Positions 1 to 9,481 of a DNA stretch of 49,057 nucleotides are shown piece by piece. Source of the stretch: an uncultured Chitinophagales bacterium. Its GTDB lineage: Bacteria > Bacteroidota > Bacteroidia > Chitinophagales > UBA8649. The DNA is taken from positions 15,351 to 64,407 of the forward strand of contig CAZZMB010000007.1 of the NCBI GenBank assembly GCA_964655225.1, read 5' to 3'. Position 1 is the stretch's first letter. Each line of letters begins with the position of its first letter. Both the position numbers and the translations under genes were made by a program. The notes under the pieces are model-generated. The model had not been told where the DNA came from. It saw only the letters and a program-made list of their open reading frames with translations, and ran no database searches.

Positions 1-2
1 CG

Positions 3-545
3 GTTACTGTGGTTAGTAATGCGGGTGACACTTTATTCAGTCAAATTAATGTGGATGCGCCAGACGAACTTATCGTAGATATTAGTCAAGTAGGAAACGA
101 ACTTGTTGCAAGTATTTCAGGAGGAACACCTCCATATTCATACATATGGGATAATGGAAGCGAAAGCTTGACGCTAGCGAATATTGAAAGTGGTAATTAT
201 ACTTTTATCGTTGTTGATCAATTTGGGTGTCAAAAATCTGATTTTGGTAGTTTTAATAATCAAGCCACAGGAATTATAGACCAAAATCTAATCGGTAATA
301 TTATCCTAGCGCCAAATCCAAGCCAGAGCGGTCTGGTTAAGCTTGTAGTTCCAATGAAAACTGCTGAGAGTCTAGAGATATCAATAATGGACATCAGTGG
401 CAAAGTATTAAATATTCAAAACCTACAGACAAAACAAGGCCTAAACACTTTTCAAATGGATTTAAGTATGCTTAGCAAGGGAGTTTATATTGTGCATGCA
501 CAATCTTCTGCCGCAGCTCAGAGTACGAAACTAGTGATACGATAG
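3..545 (+). CDS. T9SS cargo protein, C-terminal part (SprB-like repeat + type A C-terminal sorting domain); 5'-truncated by window edge
   Basis: GGTPPYSYIW...GNYTFIVVDQFGC is SprB-repeat-like; LAPNP...DISGK...LSKGVYIV...KLVIR is a Por secretion tail; frame is open to the window start. Confidence 0.85.
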   Translation, partial: VTVVSNAGDTLFSQINVDAPDELIVDISQVGNELVASISGGTPPYSYIWDNGSESLTLANIESGNYTFIVVDQFGCQKSDFGSFNNQATGIIDQNLIGNIILAPNPSQSGLVKLVVPMKTAESLEISIMDISGKVLNIQNLQTKQGLNTFQMDLSMLSKGVYIVHAQSSAAAQSTKLVIR

Positions 546-564
546 GAAAATCAACCATCTTCTT

Positions 565-595
565 AAAGCCTTGGGTATATTATATAAGGCTTTTT
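565..595. terminator. Probable bidirectional intrinsic terminator between convergent genes
   Basis: AAAGCCTT (565-572) ... AAGGCTTT (586-593) stem followed by a T run. Confidence 0.65.
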
Positions 596-1943
596 ATTTT
601 TGACTTATAGCCAACACCTCAATAGTCTTTGGAGTTATCTTGAATCGATCATCAATGCGATGAGCTAACACCCAAGCAATCCTTTCGCCCGAGATTAAAA
701 CCCAAGTATTTTCCTTATCGAAGGCTGAGATCTTTTGATCACGCAAAAATTTACCGATATTCTTTTTACTTGGTTTTCCTGAAGGTTTTTGGAGTCCAAT
801 AGGATAAAAATAATCGCCCGTTTTCCATTTTCTTAGAATTAATGGATAAGACAGCTTGCTAACATCAAGGTAAGCATGTGATGGCTTTTTGTTTATCTTT
901 CTCAACTTATTAATCGTTTTTACACTAAACGATAAAGTAAAATCATTTTCTATCTTTAGGTTTTTACTTCCCTTCGATATTGGATAGCGTTCAGCTTTAA
1001 ATATTTGCTTCAATGGGGTAACTATTAAAAACTTGCGATCTTTTAGTATTCGATATTCTTTGCTCAAATACACTTTAACATCGCTTTGCTGCATGCCCTG
1101 AACCAAATCAGTCACATCACTAGCATTAAAACCATAAGGTCTAAATAACTCAAACAATAAACTATAATTGACCCCATAATTAAGGAGTTTTTTTATACTA
1201 ATAAAAAAACTGCCTTTCCGGGGCTTTAAAAGTTTTTGTTTCCACTCTGCCACAATTATATCATGCATCTTCTCAATATCATTCCATCGTGTGAAATGAT
1301 CTTTCATAGTTGCATCCAAGCCTTGATTAATTTCTCTTAAAGGTCCTAAAACTTGGTGTCTTATTTTATTGCGATCATATTTAAGCGTTAAATTTGAACT
1401 ATCTTCTCGGTATTCAATCTCATTAACCTTGATATACTGTTGAATATCTTCCAATGAAACTTGAAGTAAAGGCCTTACAATATTCCCTTGTTTGGGTAAC
1501 ATTCCTCTTATTCCTTTAATACCCGTCCCCTTAGCCAACTTAAAAAGCAATGTTTCAATATTGTCCTGCAGGTGATGGGCTGTTAAGATCGTTTGCGCAT
1601 TCTCCTCCTTTCTTATATCTTCCAACCAATTATATCGAAGCGATCGTGCTAGATCTTGAATAGAACGTTTCTGCTCCTGACTAATGCGAGATGTTTCGAA
1701 TGAAACACTTCGAAAATCAAGTTGACGGTATTCACAATATTTTTTTAAGAAAACAAGGTCTGCTTCACTTTCAGCACCCCTTAAATTATAGTTACAATGG
1801 GCAACAACGAATGCGTAATTCAGCTGCCGTAATACATCAATTAAAACCATAGAATCTTTACCTCCACTGCAGGCTAGGATTAATCTGTCCCCTGTATTAA
1901 ATAAAGCTTCTTGTTTAATGAAGTTTTGAACTTGCTCCAGCAT
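594..1943 (-). CDS. tilS: tRNA(Ile)-lysidine synthetase
   Basis: SGGKDS PP-loop, HCNYNLRG, ARSLRY, TAHHLQD and RNKIRH motifs; start moved from 2009 to ATG 1943 (1946 possible) because a -7 promoter element lies at 1948-1955. Confidence 0.95.
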   Translation of the reverse strand: MLEQVQNFIKQEALFNTGDRLILACSGGKDSMVLIDVLRQLNYAFVVAHCNYNLRGAESEADLVFLKKYCEYRQLDFRSVSFETSRISQEQKRSIQDLARSLRYNWLEDIRKEENAQTILTAHHLQDNIETLLFKLAKGTGIKGIRGMLPKQGNIVRPLLQVSLEDIQQYIKVNEIEYREDSSNLTLKYDRNKIRHQVLGPLREINQGLDATMKDHFTRWNDIEKMHDIIVAEWKQKLLKPRKGSFFISIKKLLNYGVNYSLLFELFRPYGFNASDVTDLVQGMQQSDVKVYLSKEYRILKDRKFLIVTPLKQIFKAERYPISKGSKNLKIENDFTLSFSVKTINKLRKINKKPSHAYLDVSKLSYPLILRKWKTGDYFYPIGLQKPSGKPSKKNIGKFLRDQKISAFDKENTWVLISGERIAWVLAHRIDDRFKITPKTIEVLAISQK

Positions 1944-1947
1944 CATA

Positions 1948-1955
1948 CAAATATA
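1948..1955 (-). promoter_or_regulatory. Bacteroidota -7 promoter element of tilS
   Basis: TATATTTG matches TAnnTTTG. Confidence 0.6.
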
Positions 1956-2090
1956 GAATTTCTCATGTAAACTCCATTTAACTTTAGGATAATAATGTAG
2001 GAAAAACAAGGATTTTAACGAGATAGTCTATCAGCATAAACTTTATTTACCAAACGTTTGTTTTATCTATTAAAATAAGCACTTTTTTAT

Positions 2091-2098
2091 TACTTTTG
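2091..2098 (+). promoter_or_regulatory. -7 promoter element of etfBA
   Basis: TACTTTTG, 23 nt upstream of ATG 2122. Confidence 0.6.
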
Positions 2099-2121
2099 TG
2101 ATACAATAAAAATTAATTGTT

Positions 2122-2862
2122 ATGAAAATTTTAGTTCCAATAAGCAAAGTGCCGGATACTACGGCAAAAATTGCTTTTACAAATAATAATACTGAGTTCG
2201 ATACAAACAATGTACAATTCATTATCAATCCTACAGATGAATGGTTTGCATTGGTTAGAGCAATTGAATTAGTAGAAAAAAATGGTGGATCCGTTACTGT
2301 TATCAACGTTGGTTCCGCAGAAAATGATCAATTCATTAGAAAAGCACTGGCTATAGGTGCAAATGATGCAGTTCGTGTTGATGCTCAGGCAAAGGATGCT
2401 TTTTTTACTGCTTCTCAGATTGCTGATTATGCCAAGGCAAACGCTTATGATCTTGTGATTACGGGTAAAGAAACCATCGATTACAATGGTTCTCAAATCG
2501 GCGGTATGATTGCTGAATTCATGGACGTTGGCTATGTAGGCCTCGTTACAAGATTGGACATTGAAGATGGTAAAGTAAGCTTAAACAGGGAAATAGAAGG
2601 CGGTGAAGAAGTTGTGGAAGCTAATCTTCCACTTGTAGTAAGTGCCCAAAAGGGAATGGCTGAGCAAAGAATTCCTAACATGCGGGGTATTATGCAAGCA
2701 AGAACAAAGCCGTTGAACGTTATACCTGCTAATGGAACGAACTCAATAGTAAATATTGCATCCTATCACTTACCGCCTGCTAAAAGTGGGTGTACCTATG
2801 TAGATGCCGAAAATATTGGTGAATTGGTTCGATTATTACATGAAGAAGCCAAAGTAATTTAA
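2122..2862 (+). CDS. etfB: Electron transfer flavoprotein subunit beta
   Basis: KVPDT, RKALAIGA, GKETIDY and RIPNMRGIM motifs; adjacent to etfA. Confidence 0.95.
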   Translation: MKILVPISKVPDTTAKIAFTNNNTEFDTNNVQFIINPTDEWFALVRAIELVEKNGGSVTVINVGSAENDQFIRKALAIGANDAVRVDAQAKDAFFTASQIADYAKANAYDLVITGKETIDYNGSQIGGMIAEFMDVGYVGLVTRLDIEDGKVSLNREIEGGEEVVEANLPLVVSAQKGMAEQRIPNMRGIMQARTKPLNVIPANGTNSIVNIASYHLPPAKSGCTYVDAENIGELVRLLHEEAKVI

Positions 2863-2879
2863 CTTAAAAAAAAGAAAAA

Positions 2880-3848
2880 ATGTCAATTTTAGTATATTTA
2901 GATCAATCAAATGGAGTGGCAAAAAAAGCCAGCTTAGAAGCCTCATTTTATGGGAAAACTTTAGCTACAGCAAAAGGCACTGAGGCTATAGGCGTTTATC
3001 TTGGTGAAGCGAATGAGGATATAGTAGGGTCACTAGGAAATTACGGACTTAGCAAAGTTTTGCATGCCAGCGATAGCCTTTTTAATGATTTTGATTCAAA
3101 AGCATTTACAAAAGCCGTAGCTGCGGCTGCAGAGCAAGTTGATGCGAGTGATGTAGTTGTACCTTTTAATCAAAATGGAAAACAGTTAGGTCCTCGTTTA
3201 TCTGTGAAGTTAAATGCTGGCTATGTGCCCGGTGCTTCCTCACTTCCAAATGATAACGGACAGCTGTCAAAAGCAGTTTTTTCTGGTAAATCTTTTGCAG
3301 ACTATGCAGTTTCTACTGCCAAGACGATTATCGGTCTATCCGCAAATTCAATCCAAGCAGAAAAGACTGATCAAATTGCAGCTGTCGAAGCTTTCTCAAG
3401 TGGAGTCGTTGCTGAAGATTTTGCAACAAAGATTTTGAAAAAAGAAGTTTTAGAGGGTGAAATTCCTCTAACTGAAGCAGAAAAAGTTGTTTCTGCTGGA
3501 AGAGGACTAAAAGGACCAGAAAACTGGGGAATGATAGAGGACTTAGCCAAAGCTCTTACTGCGGCTACAGCTTGTTCTCGTCCTGTTTCTGATATAGGAT
3601 GGAGACCTCACCACGAGCACGTAGGTCAAACAGGTGTAACAGTGAAACCAAACTTATATATTGCTGTTGGAATTTCAGGAGCTATTCAACATTTAGCGGG
3701 AGTCAACCAAAGTAAAGTTATGGTTGTAATTAATAATGATCCAGAAGCGCCATTTTTTAAGGCTGCAGATTATGGTATTGTTGGTGATGCATTCGAAGTC
3801 ATCCCTAAGTTGTTAGAAGAAGTAAACGCTTTTAAGCAAGCAAATTAA
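2880..3848 (+). CDS. etfA: Electron transfer flavoprotein subunit alpha
   Basis: VVSAGRGL and VGQTG-x3-KPNLYIAVGISGAIQHLAG FAD-binding signature. Confidence 0.97.
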   Translation: MSILVYLDQSNGVAKKASLEASFYGKTLATAKGTEAIGVYLGEANEDIVGSLGNYGLSKVLHASDSLFNDFDSKAFTKAVAAAAEQVDASDVVVPFNQNGKQLGPRLSVKLNAGYVPGASSLPNDNGQLSKAVFSGKSFADYAVSTAKTIIGLSANSIQAEKTDQIAAVEAFSSGVVAEDFATKILKKEVLEGEIPLTEAEKVVSAGRGLKGPENWGMIEDLAKALTAATACSRPVSDIGWRPHHEHVGQTGVTVKPNLYIAVGISGAIQHLAGVNQSKVMVVINNDPEAPFFKAADYGIVGDAFEVIPKLLEEVNAFKQAN

Positions 3849-3860
3849 GTATAATTCAAC

Positions 3861-3894
3861 AAAAAAAAAGACGAGCATTGCTCGTCTTTTTTTT
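3861..3894 (+). terminator. Intrinsic terminator after etfA (symmetrical, likely bidirectional)
   Basis: A9-GACGAGCA-T-TGCTCGTC-T8 inverted repeat. Confidence 0.9.
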
Positions 3895-3970
3895 GAACTA
3901 CAAGGAGATTAATTGAAACCAAAAATAGAATACTAGATTAATTCCCATTTTTCAGTATTTTTACAAAGTC

Positions 3971-4597
3971 ATGGAAAGAGTACAATTAGAAGTAGTTACT
4001 TTAGCTGAAGGAGTTTCACAATCAAACTCTTATACTGTTTTATTGCAAGAAAAGCATGGTAGTAGGCGTTTTGTGATTGTTATTGGCTATACAGAAGCAC
4101 AAGCAATAGCAATTTCTCTGGATGGGAATGTTAAGCCTAACAGGCCTTTGACACATGACCTATTTCATCAAGTATGCCAATCATACAACATTGAATTGCT
4201 AGAGGTTGCAATCACTGATTTAAAGGAAGGAGTCTATTTTGCTAACTTAGTTTGTAAAAAGGGAGATTTAATAATTGATATGGATAGCCGAAGCTCAGAT
4301 GCTCTGGCCCTAGCATTGCGTTTTGATTGTCCAATTTTTATCAATAAAGATTTACTCGATAAAGTAAGTATCGAGGAAAATAAGGATTCGAATCAAACTA
4401 TCCAAGAATTTGAGAAGGAACTGGAAGAAGAATTACAGGACCTAAAAAATCCCAGTATTGACCAAATCCAAAGAGAAAAAAAAGACTTTTCAAAAAAAAC
4501 AATTACCGAATTAAATTCAATGCTTAATAAGGCATTGAAAAACGAAGACTACGAATTAGCCGCGAAGTTAAGAGACGAAATTAGCCGCAGAAAGTAA
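3971..4597 (+). CDS. Bifunctional nuclease (DUF151) family protein with C-terminal UVR domain
   Basis: IG-x2-EAQAIA, RPLTHDL and DSRSSDALALA motifs; C-terminal EDYELAAKLRDEI. Confidence 0.9.
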   Translation: MERVQLEVVTLAEGVSQSNSYTVLLQEKHGSRRFVIVIGYTEAQAIAISLDGNVKPNRPLTHDLFHQVCQSYNIELLEVAITDLKEGVYFANLVCKKGDLIIDMDSRSSDALALALRFDCPIFINKDLLDKVSIEENKDSNQTIQEFEKELEEELQDLKNPSIDQIQREKKDFSKKTITELNSMLNKALKNEDYELAAKLRDEISRRK

Positions 4598-4633
4598 GCT
4601 GAACCATTGCAATTAATACCTAAATAAAGACTT

Positions 4634-6427
4634 ATGATTAAACAATATTCAAGTATTCTTACACTAATCTTTTTATTCTTATTTTCTTCATTTGGATTAG
4701 TTAGCTGTGAGCAAGATGTTAAAAATCAACCAATTATAAATAATTGGGTTAGTGAAAATCAAGAGAGTTTCTATCTTAGTATCTTGGCAAATAATACAGT
4801 TAGTAGCAATATTTTTGGAAATGAATTTTTCGGTCTTTATGAACTCGAAGGCGATTCCATACTAAGGATTAATATTCCCTCACAGAATCAATCTATGACA
4901 ATTGATTCGACAGCAAGCTACTTTGATTCAGAAGGGGCTCCTTCCCTTTCCTATTACCACGAGGGGAAATTGATAGCGACAGAAGAGAATGGCAATGTTT
5001 CTAGCACATTAGCCGTGAATACATTTACTATTTTAGTTGTTAATGAGGATGAACTTAGTATACTTACCAGCACCAATGAAACACTCAATTTTACGGCCCA
5101 AAAAGAAGAAGCTATTGCAGAAATTGGCATATCATTCATTTCTATTCTAAGGGGAATGATGGGCATAGTCTTTCTTTTGTTGATAGCATTTGCGTTAAGT
5201 ACAGATAGAAAAAATATTAACTGGCGTCTAGTCAGTATTGGTGTTGGCTTACAGTTGGTCTTAGCACTTCTTGTGTTGAAAGTACCGTTTGTAAAAAGTA
5301 TTTTTGACGTAGTCTCGAAAGGATTTGTTACCGTATTAAATTTCACTAAGGAAGGTTCTAGCTTTTTGTTTGGAAACCTAGTAACAGATATTGACACTAT
5401 GGGCTTCATATTCGCCTTTCAGATTTTACCGACCATTGTATTCTTTGCCGCCCTTACTTCGGCTTTATATTATATGGGGGTTATCCAATGGATTATTTAT
5501 GCCTTCGCTTGGATCATGAGTAAAACTATGAAGCTTTCAGGCGCTGAAAGCTTAGCCGCAGCTGGAAATATATTTTTAGGTCAAACAGAATCACCCTTGT
5601 TGGTAAGGCCTTATTTAGAAAAAATGACCAAATCAGAAATCATGTGTTTAATGACAGGAGGGATGGCTACAATCGCTGGAGGTGTGCTTGGCGCTTATGT
5701 TGGATATCTTGGTGGAGATAGTGTCCAAGAGCAACAAGTATTTGCGTCTCACCTACTCGCAGCATCTATAATGTCTGCTCCTGCAGCTATAGTTGCTGCA
5801 AAAATGCTGGTCCCTGAATCAAATCCCGAGGATATAGATAGTAAGCTAAGTATTTCCAAGGAAAAAATTGGTGCAAATATTCTGGATGCAATCTCTACTG
5901 GAACAAGAGATGGCTTAAAACTCGCCGTAAATGTTGGCGTAATGCTATTAGTATTTACTGCCTTCATGTACATGTTTAATGCAATGAGTTTTCAGCTTGG
6001 TGAGTGGACAAACCTTAATGCTAAAATTTATGCGAATACTGCTGGTCGATTTGAAGGACTTACTTTACAGTATATCTTAGGAATGATTTTTTCTCCTGTA
6101 GCTTGGATGCTTGGCGTTGACTGGTCTGATGCAGTAATGGTTGGGCAACTTCTCGGTGAAAAGACTATACTTAATGAATTCTTTGCTTATGCAAGTCTAG
6201 GAAAGCTAAAAGCAGCTGAATTATTCCATCATAAAAAGTCAATTATAATTGCAACCTATGCATTATGTGGCTTTGCCAACTTTGCTTCTATTGGGATTCA
6301 AATTGGAGGAATAAGTGCTTTAGCTCAAAATCAACAATCAACGCTTGCTAAATTAGGTGTAAGGGCTTTAATTGGTGGAACCATTGCTTGCTTTATGACA
6401 GCAACAATTGCTGGAATGTTGTACTAG
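4634..6427 (+). CDS. CNT/NupC-family nucleoside transporter with N-terminal lipoprotein-like extension
   Basis: FAFQILPTIVFF, NIFLGQTESP, MATIAG, NEFFAY and LCGFANFASIGIQIGG motifs; about 165 extra N-terminal aa with LVSC lipobox. Confidence 0.92.
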   Translation: MIKQYSSILTLIFLFLFSSFGLVSCEQDVKNQPIINNWVSENQESFYLSILANNTVSSNIFGNEFFGLYELEGDSILRINIPSQNQSMTIDSTASYFDSEGAPSLSYYHEGKLIATEENGNVSSTLAVNTFTILVVNEDELSILTSTNETLNFTAQKEEAIAEIGISFISILRGMMGIVFLLLIAFALSTDRKNINWRLVSIGVGLQLVLALLVLKVPFVKSIFDVVSKGFVTVLNFTKEGSSFLFGNLVTDIDTMGFIFAFQILPTIVFFAALTSALYYMGVIQWIIYAFAWIMSKTMKLSGAESLAAAGNIFLGQTESPLLVRPYLEKMTKSEIMCLMTGGMATIAGGVLGAYVGYLGGDSVQEQQVFASHLLAASIMSAPAAIVAAKMLVPESNPEDIDSKLSISKEKIGANILDAISTGTRDGLKLAVNVGVMLLVFTAFMYMFNAMSFQLGEWTNLNAKIYANTAGRFEGLTLQYILGMIFSPVAWMLGVDWSDAVMVGQLLGEKTILNEFFAYASLGKLKAAELFHHKKSIIIATYALCGFANFASIGIQIGGISALAQNQQSTLAKLGVRALIGGTIACFMTATIAGMLY

Positions 6428-6996
6428 ATCATATTAACGAGTAGTTTACCTTTTGGCGTGTCCATAAAGTAAAATAAATGCCGCTTTACACCCAACTTTT
6501 CTTGAGTAAATAAGACCTCGACTACGTATTGCATACCAAATTCAGTTTCCTCCTCTTGGTAAGTGATGAACTCGTACGATTTCGACTCACCCAACCAAGC
6601 TGAGATGACATCGCAAGTAACTTTGACGGTATTAGCTTCACGAGCATTGGAAAGATTAAATGAATCTTGTCCATTTCTTTTTTCATCTGATCCGCGATAC
6701 ATAATTACTTTGGCAGCAGCAGAATAGTTTTCATCTAAACAACTTCCTAATAACTGTTGCACATTTTTTTGGCACTCGTTTAACTTGGATACATCCATTG
6801 CATGAACTAGTTTTTCTGCATTACTGCTTTGCTGATCCTGAATTGATGAAACATTTGAATCAACGATATCATTTGCATCCTCAACCTTAGGCTCATTAGG
6901 ATGATTTTCAGTGATGTTACTGTTGCAAGCAAAAGAACTAAAGGCAACAACTAACAATAAAAAATAAGGCAATCTTTTTTTAAATAATATCCACAT
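6424..6996 (-). CDS. Hypothetical lipoprotein
   Basis: Basic N-terminus, hydrophobic stretch and SFAC lipobox; own -7 element at 7065-7072. Confidence 0.75.
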   Translation of the reverse strand: MWILFKKRLPYFLLLVVAFSSFACNSNITENHPNEPKVEDANDIVDSNVSSIQDQQSSNAEKLVHAMDVSKLNECQKNVQQLLGSCLDENYSAAAKVIMYRGSDEKRNGQDSFNLSNAREANTVKVTCDVISAWLGESKSYEFITYQEEETEFGMQYVVEVLFTQEKLGVKRHLFYFMDTPKGKLLVNMI

Positions 6997-7064
6997 CCTG
7001 AGGTTAATTTCGAGTTAAATATTTTATTTTATTTTGGCAACTTTAATCACTCCGAGTAAAATTA

Positions 7065-7072
7065 CAAACTTA
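7065..7072 (-). promoter_or_regulatory. -7 promoter element for the lipoprotein gene
   Basis: TAAGTTTG on the minus strand. Confidence 0.5.
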
Positions 7073-7227
7073 CTTAATATGAAAACTATTATCCGGGCGC
7101 TATTTTAATTTTTTATAGACGGGTACTTCTTGCAGAATTAAATTAAATATCAAAGAATATATCCATTACTTTAGGCCTTAAATAAAAGCTAATACTACAG
7201 ATATCACTTAATAAAAAATGAATCTCT

Positions 7228-8079
7228 TTAACGAATTTTTCGAATAAGACCGCTTAAAACTTTCCCCGGCCCTACTTCTTCAAACGAGTCAAATCCATCT
7301 GCTTTCATTCGAATTACAGATTGCGTCCATAGCACAGGCGCTGTAAGCTGTTTGATTAAATTCGTTTTTATCTCTTCAACATCAACTACGGCGGCAGCGA
7401 CAACATTTTGATAAATTGGGCAAAAAGGCGCATTAAATGTAATCGCTTCTATCTGAGCAGCTAGCTCTTCCTCAGCACTTTTCATTAAAGGCGAATGAAA
7501 AGCTCCATTTACTTTTAGCTTGATCGCCATTCTAGCTCCTGCTTCCTTAAACTTGTCAACTGCTATATCTATACCCTTCTCAGTACCGGAGATGACCACC
7601 TGACCTATCGTATTATAATTAGCAGGTACAACAAGCTCATCAATACTCGAGCAAATTTCTTCAACCTGTTCATTTTCTAGACCAATAATCGCAGCCATGC
7701 CACTTTTCTGAACATCACAAGCTTTTTGCATCGCGTTTGCTCTTGCTTTAACCAATTGTAAGCCATCTTCAAAACTCAAGACCTTTGCCGCTACTAATGC
7801 AGAAAACTCCCCTAAAGAATGTCCTGCGACAGCATCTGGATTAAACTCTTCTCGAGTAAGCGCATCTGCTACTGCATGCAAAAATATAGCCGGCTGAGTT
7901 ACACTGGTTTGGAGTAGTTTTTCCTCAGGTCCTTCTAGCATTATCTTAGCTAAGTCAAAGCCTAAAATATCCTTAGCTTGATGCAGGTAGTCCTTAAAGG
8001 ATGATCGTTCTTGTATTAACTCTTTACCCATTCCAATGAACTGACTCCCTTGACCTGGAAAAACAAATGCTTTCTTCAT
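7228..8079 (-). CDS. fabD: Malonyl-CoA:ACP transacylase
   Basis: FPGQGSQ, GHSLGE, GAFHS and GPGKVL motifs. Confidence 0.97.
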   Translation of the reverse strand: MKKAFVFPGQGSQFIGMGKELIQERSSFKDYLHQAKDILGFDLAKIMLEGPEEKLLQTSVTQPAIFLHAVADALTREEFNPDAVAGHSLGEFSALVAAKVLSFEDGLQLVKARANAMQKACDVQKSGMAAIIGLENEQVEEICSSIDELVVPANYNTIGQVVISGTEKGIDIAVDKFKEAGARMAIKLKVNGAFHSPLMKSAEEELAAQIEAITFNAPFCPIYQNVVAAAVVDVEEIKTNLIKQLTAPVLWTQSVIRMKADGFDSFEEVGPGKVLSGLIRKIR

Positions 8080-8081
8080 AG

Positions 8082-8684
8082 CTACTTTTTATATTGATTC
8101 ATATTTATTTTATGTGCGCAGAATCCATATTCGCGTTCCAAATTGGAAGCAATAATTAAGGTTCGATTCTTTGGCATTTTTTCTAGAGTATTCAAATACC
8201 ATTCAACTCCTTGCTCATCTAAATTACTGGTGGGCTCATCCAATAAACACAACTCTACATCAGCAAACAAGGCTAAAGCAAGTTTAACTCGCTGCTTCAT
8301 CCCTGAAGAATAATCCTTAATCCACTTTTTGCTATCAAAAGCAAAAAGTTCAACTATTCGCTTTTTAGGGTAATCCGGTAAAAATGGTTTGTGCTTTTCG
8401 ACAAAATCTAAGAACTCATCCAATGTCAACTCTTCAATTAAATCAATATATGGAGCACAATAGCTTATTTTTTGGTGAACTTGTTCAATAGCTGTGTTTT
8501 CGAATTCAATTTCACCTTGATTCGGAGCTGTTTGTCCAGAAAGTAATTTAAGTAATGTAGATTTACCAGAACCATTATCTCCCAATATAGCATAAGTCTG
8601 ACCAGGCTCAAAACTTAGACTTATATCTTTAAAAATCCAGCTTTTCCCATATTTTTTTCCAATATGTTCTAAGGTTATACGCAT
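8082..8684 (-). CDS. Stand-alone ABC ATPase
   Basis: Walker A GDNGSGKST, signature YSSGMKQR, Walker B LLDEP; no transmembrane segment. Confidence 0.9.
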   Translation of the reverse strand: MRITLEHIGKKYGKSWIFKDISLSFEPGQTYAILGDNGSGKSTLLKLLSGQTAPNQGEIEFENTAIEQVHQKISYCAPYIDLIEELTLDEFLDFVEKHKPFLPDYPKKRIVELFAFDSKKWIKDYSSGMKQRVKLALALFADVELCLLDEPTSNLDEQGVEWYLNTLEKMPKNRTLIIASNLEREYGFCAHKINMNQYKK

Positions 8685-8689
8685 ATAGA

Positions 8690-9481
8690 CTAACGATTAT
8701 CTGAAGCAGCAAATCCTTTCATAATTCCGCGCACAGATTCTCTTACAAAAGTTGTTATCTCGTCTTTTTCCCTTGAATCTTCAATTTCTGCTTCTATGAG
8801 TTTTAGCGCATTTCGGGTATTATAACCTCGCACAAACAATATTCTGTATATTTCTAAAATAGAATTAATAGTCTTCGAATCAAAGCCTCTTCTCCGCATA
8901 CCGACAGAATTAACTCCAATGTAGGATAAGGGAAATCGAGCTGCTTTTACATATGGTGGAACATCTTTATTAACTCCTCCGCCCCCTGAAATAAAAGCAT
9001 GCTTACCAATTTTGGTAAACTGTTGTACATTGACCGACCCACCCAAAATAGCCCAATTATCAACCTCCACATGTCCAGCTAAATTCACATTGTTTGCTAA
9101 AATAACGTGTTTTCCAATTACGCAGTCATGTGCAATATGAACATAAGCCATTAACATACTATTATCGCCAATTTTGGTGGTACCACTAAATTCTGTGCCT
9201 TTATTTATGGTAACATATTCACGAATAATCACGTTATCACCGATTTCGGTAGTAGTCTTTTCTCCTTTATATTTTAAATCTTGAGGAACAGCAGAGATAA
9301 CAGAGCCTGGAAAAATTTTACAATTTTTACCAATTCGTGCTCCTTCCATGATAGTAACATGTGGTCCAATCCATGTACCCTCATCTATGATAACATCCTT
9401 ATGGATGGTTACAAAGGGTTCAACAACAACATTGTCAGCTAATTCCGCCTGAGGATGAACATATGATAAGGGTTGATGCAT
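8690..9481 (-). CDS. lpxA: UDP-N-acetylglucosamine O-acyltransferase
   Basis: Hexapeptide repeats, PQDLKY, HIAHDC and KDVPPY motifs. Confidence 0.97.
   Translation of the reverse strand: MHQPLSYVHPQAELADNVVVEPFVTIHKDVIIDEGTWIGPHVTIMEGARIGKNCKIFPGSVISAVPQDLKYKGEKTTTEIGDNVIIREYVTINKGTEFSGTTKIGDNSMLMAYVHIAHDCVIGKHVILANNVNLAGHVEVDNWAILGGSVNVQQFTKIGKHAFISGGGGVNKDVPPYVKAARFPLSYIGVNSVGMRRRGFDSKTINSILEIYRILFVRGYNTRNALKLIEAEIEDSREKDEITTFVRESVRGIMKGFAASDNR

Noticed and set aside
1947-2009. N-terminal extension of TilS
   Set aside because: The region contains the probable promoter; the family-like sequence starts at M(M)LEQVQ
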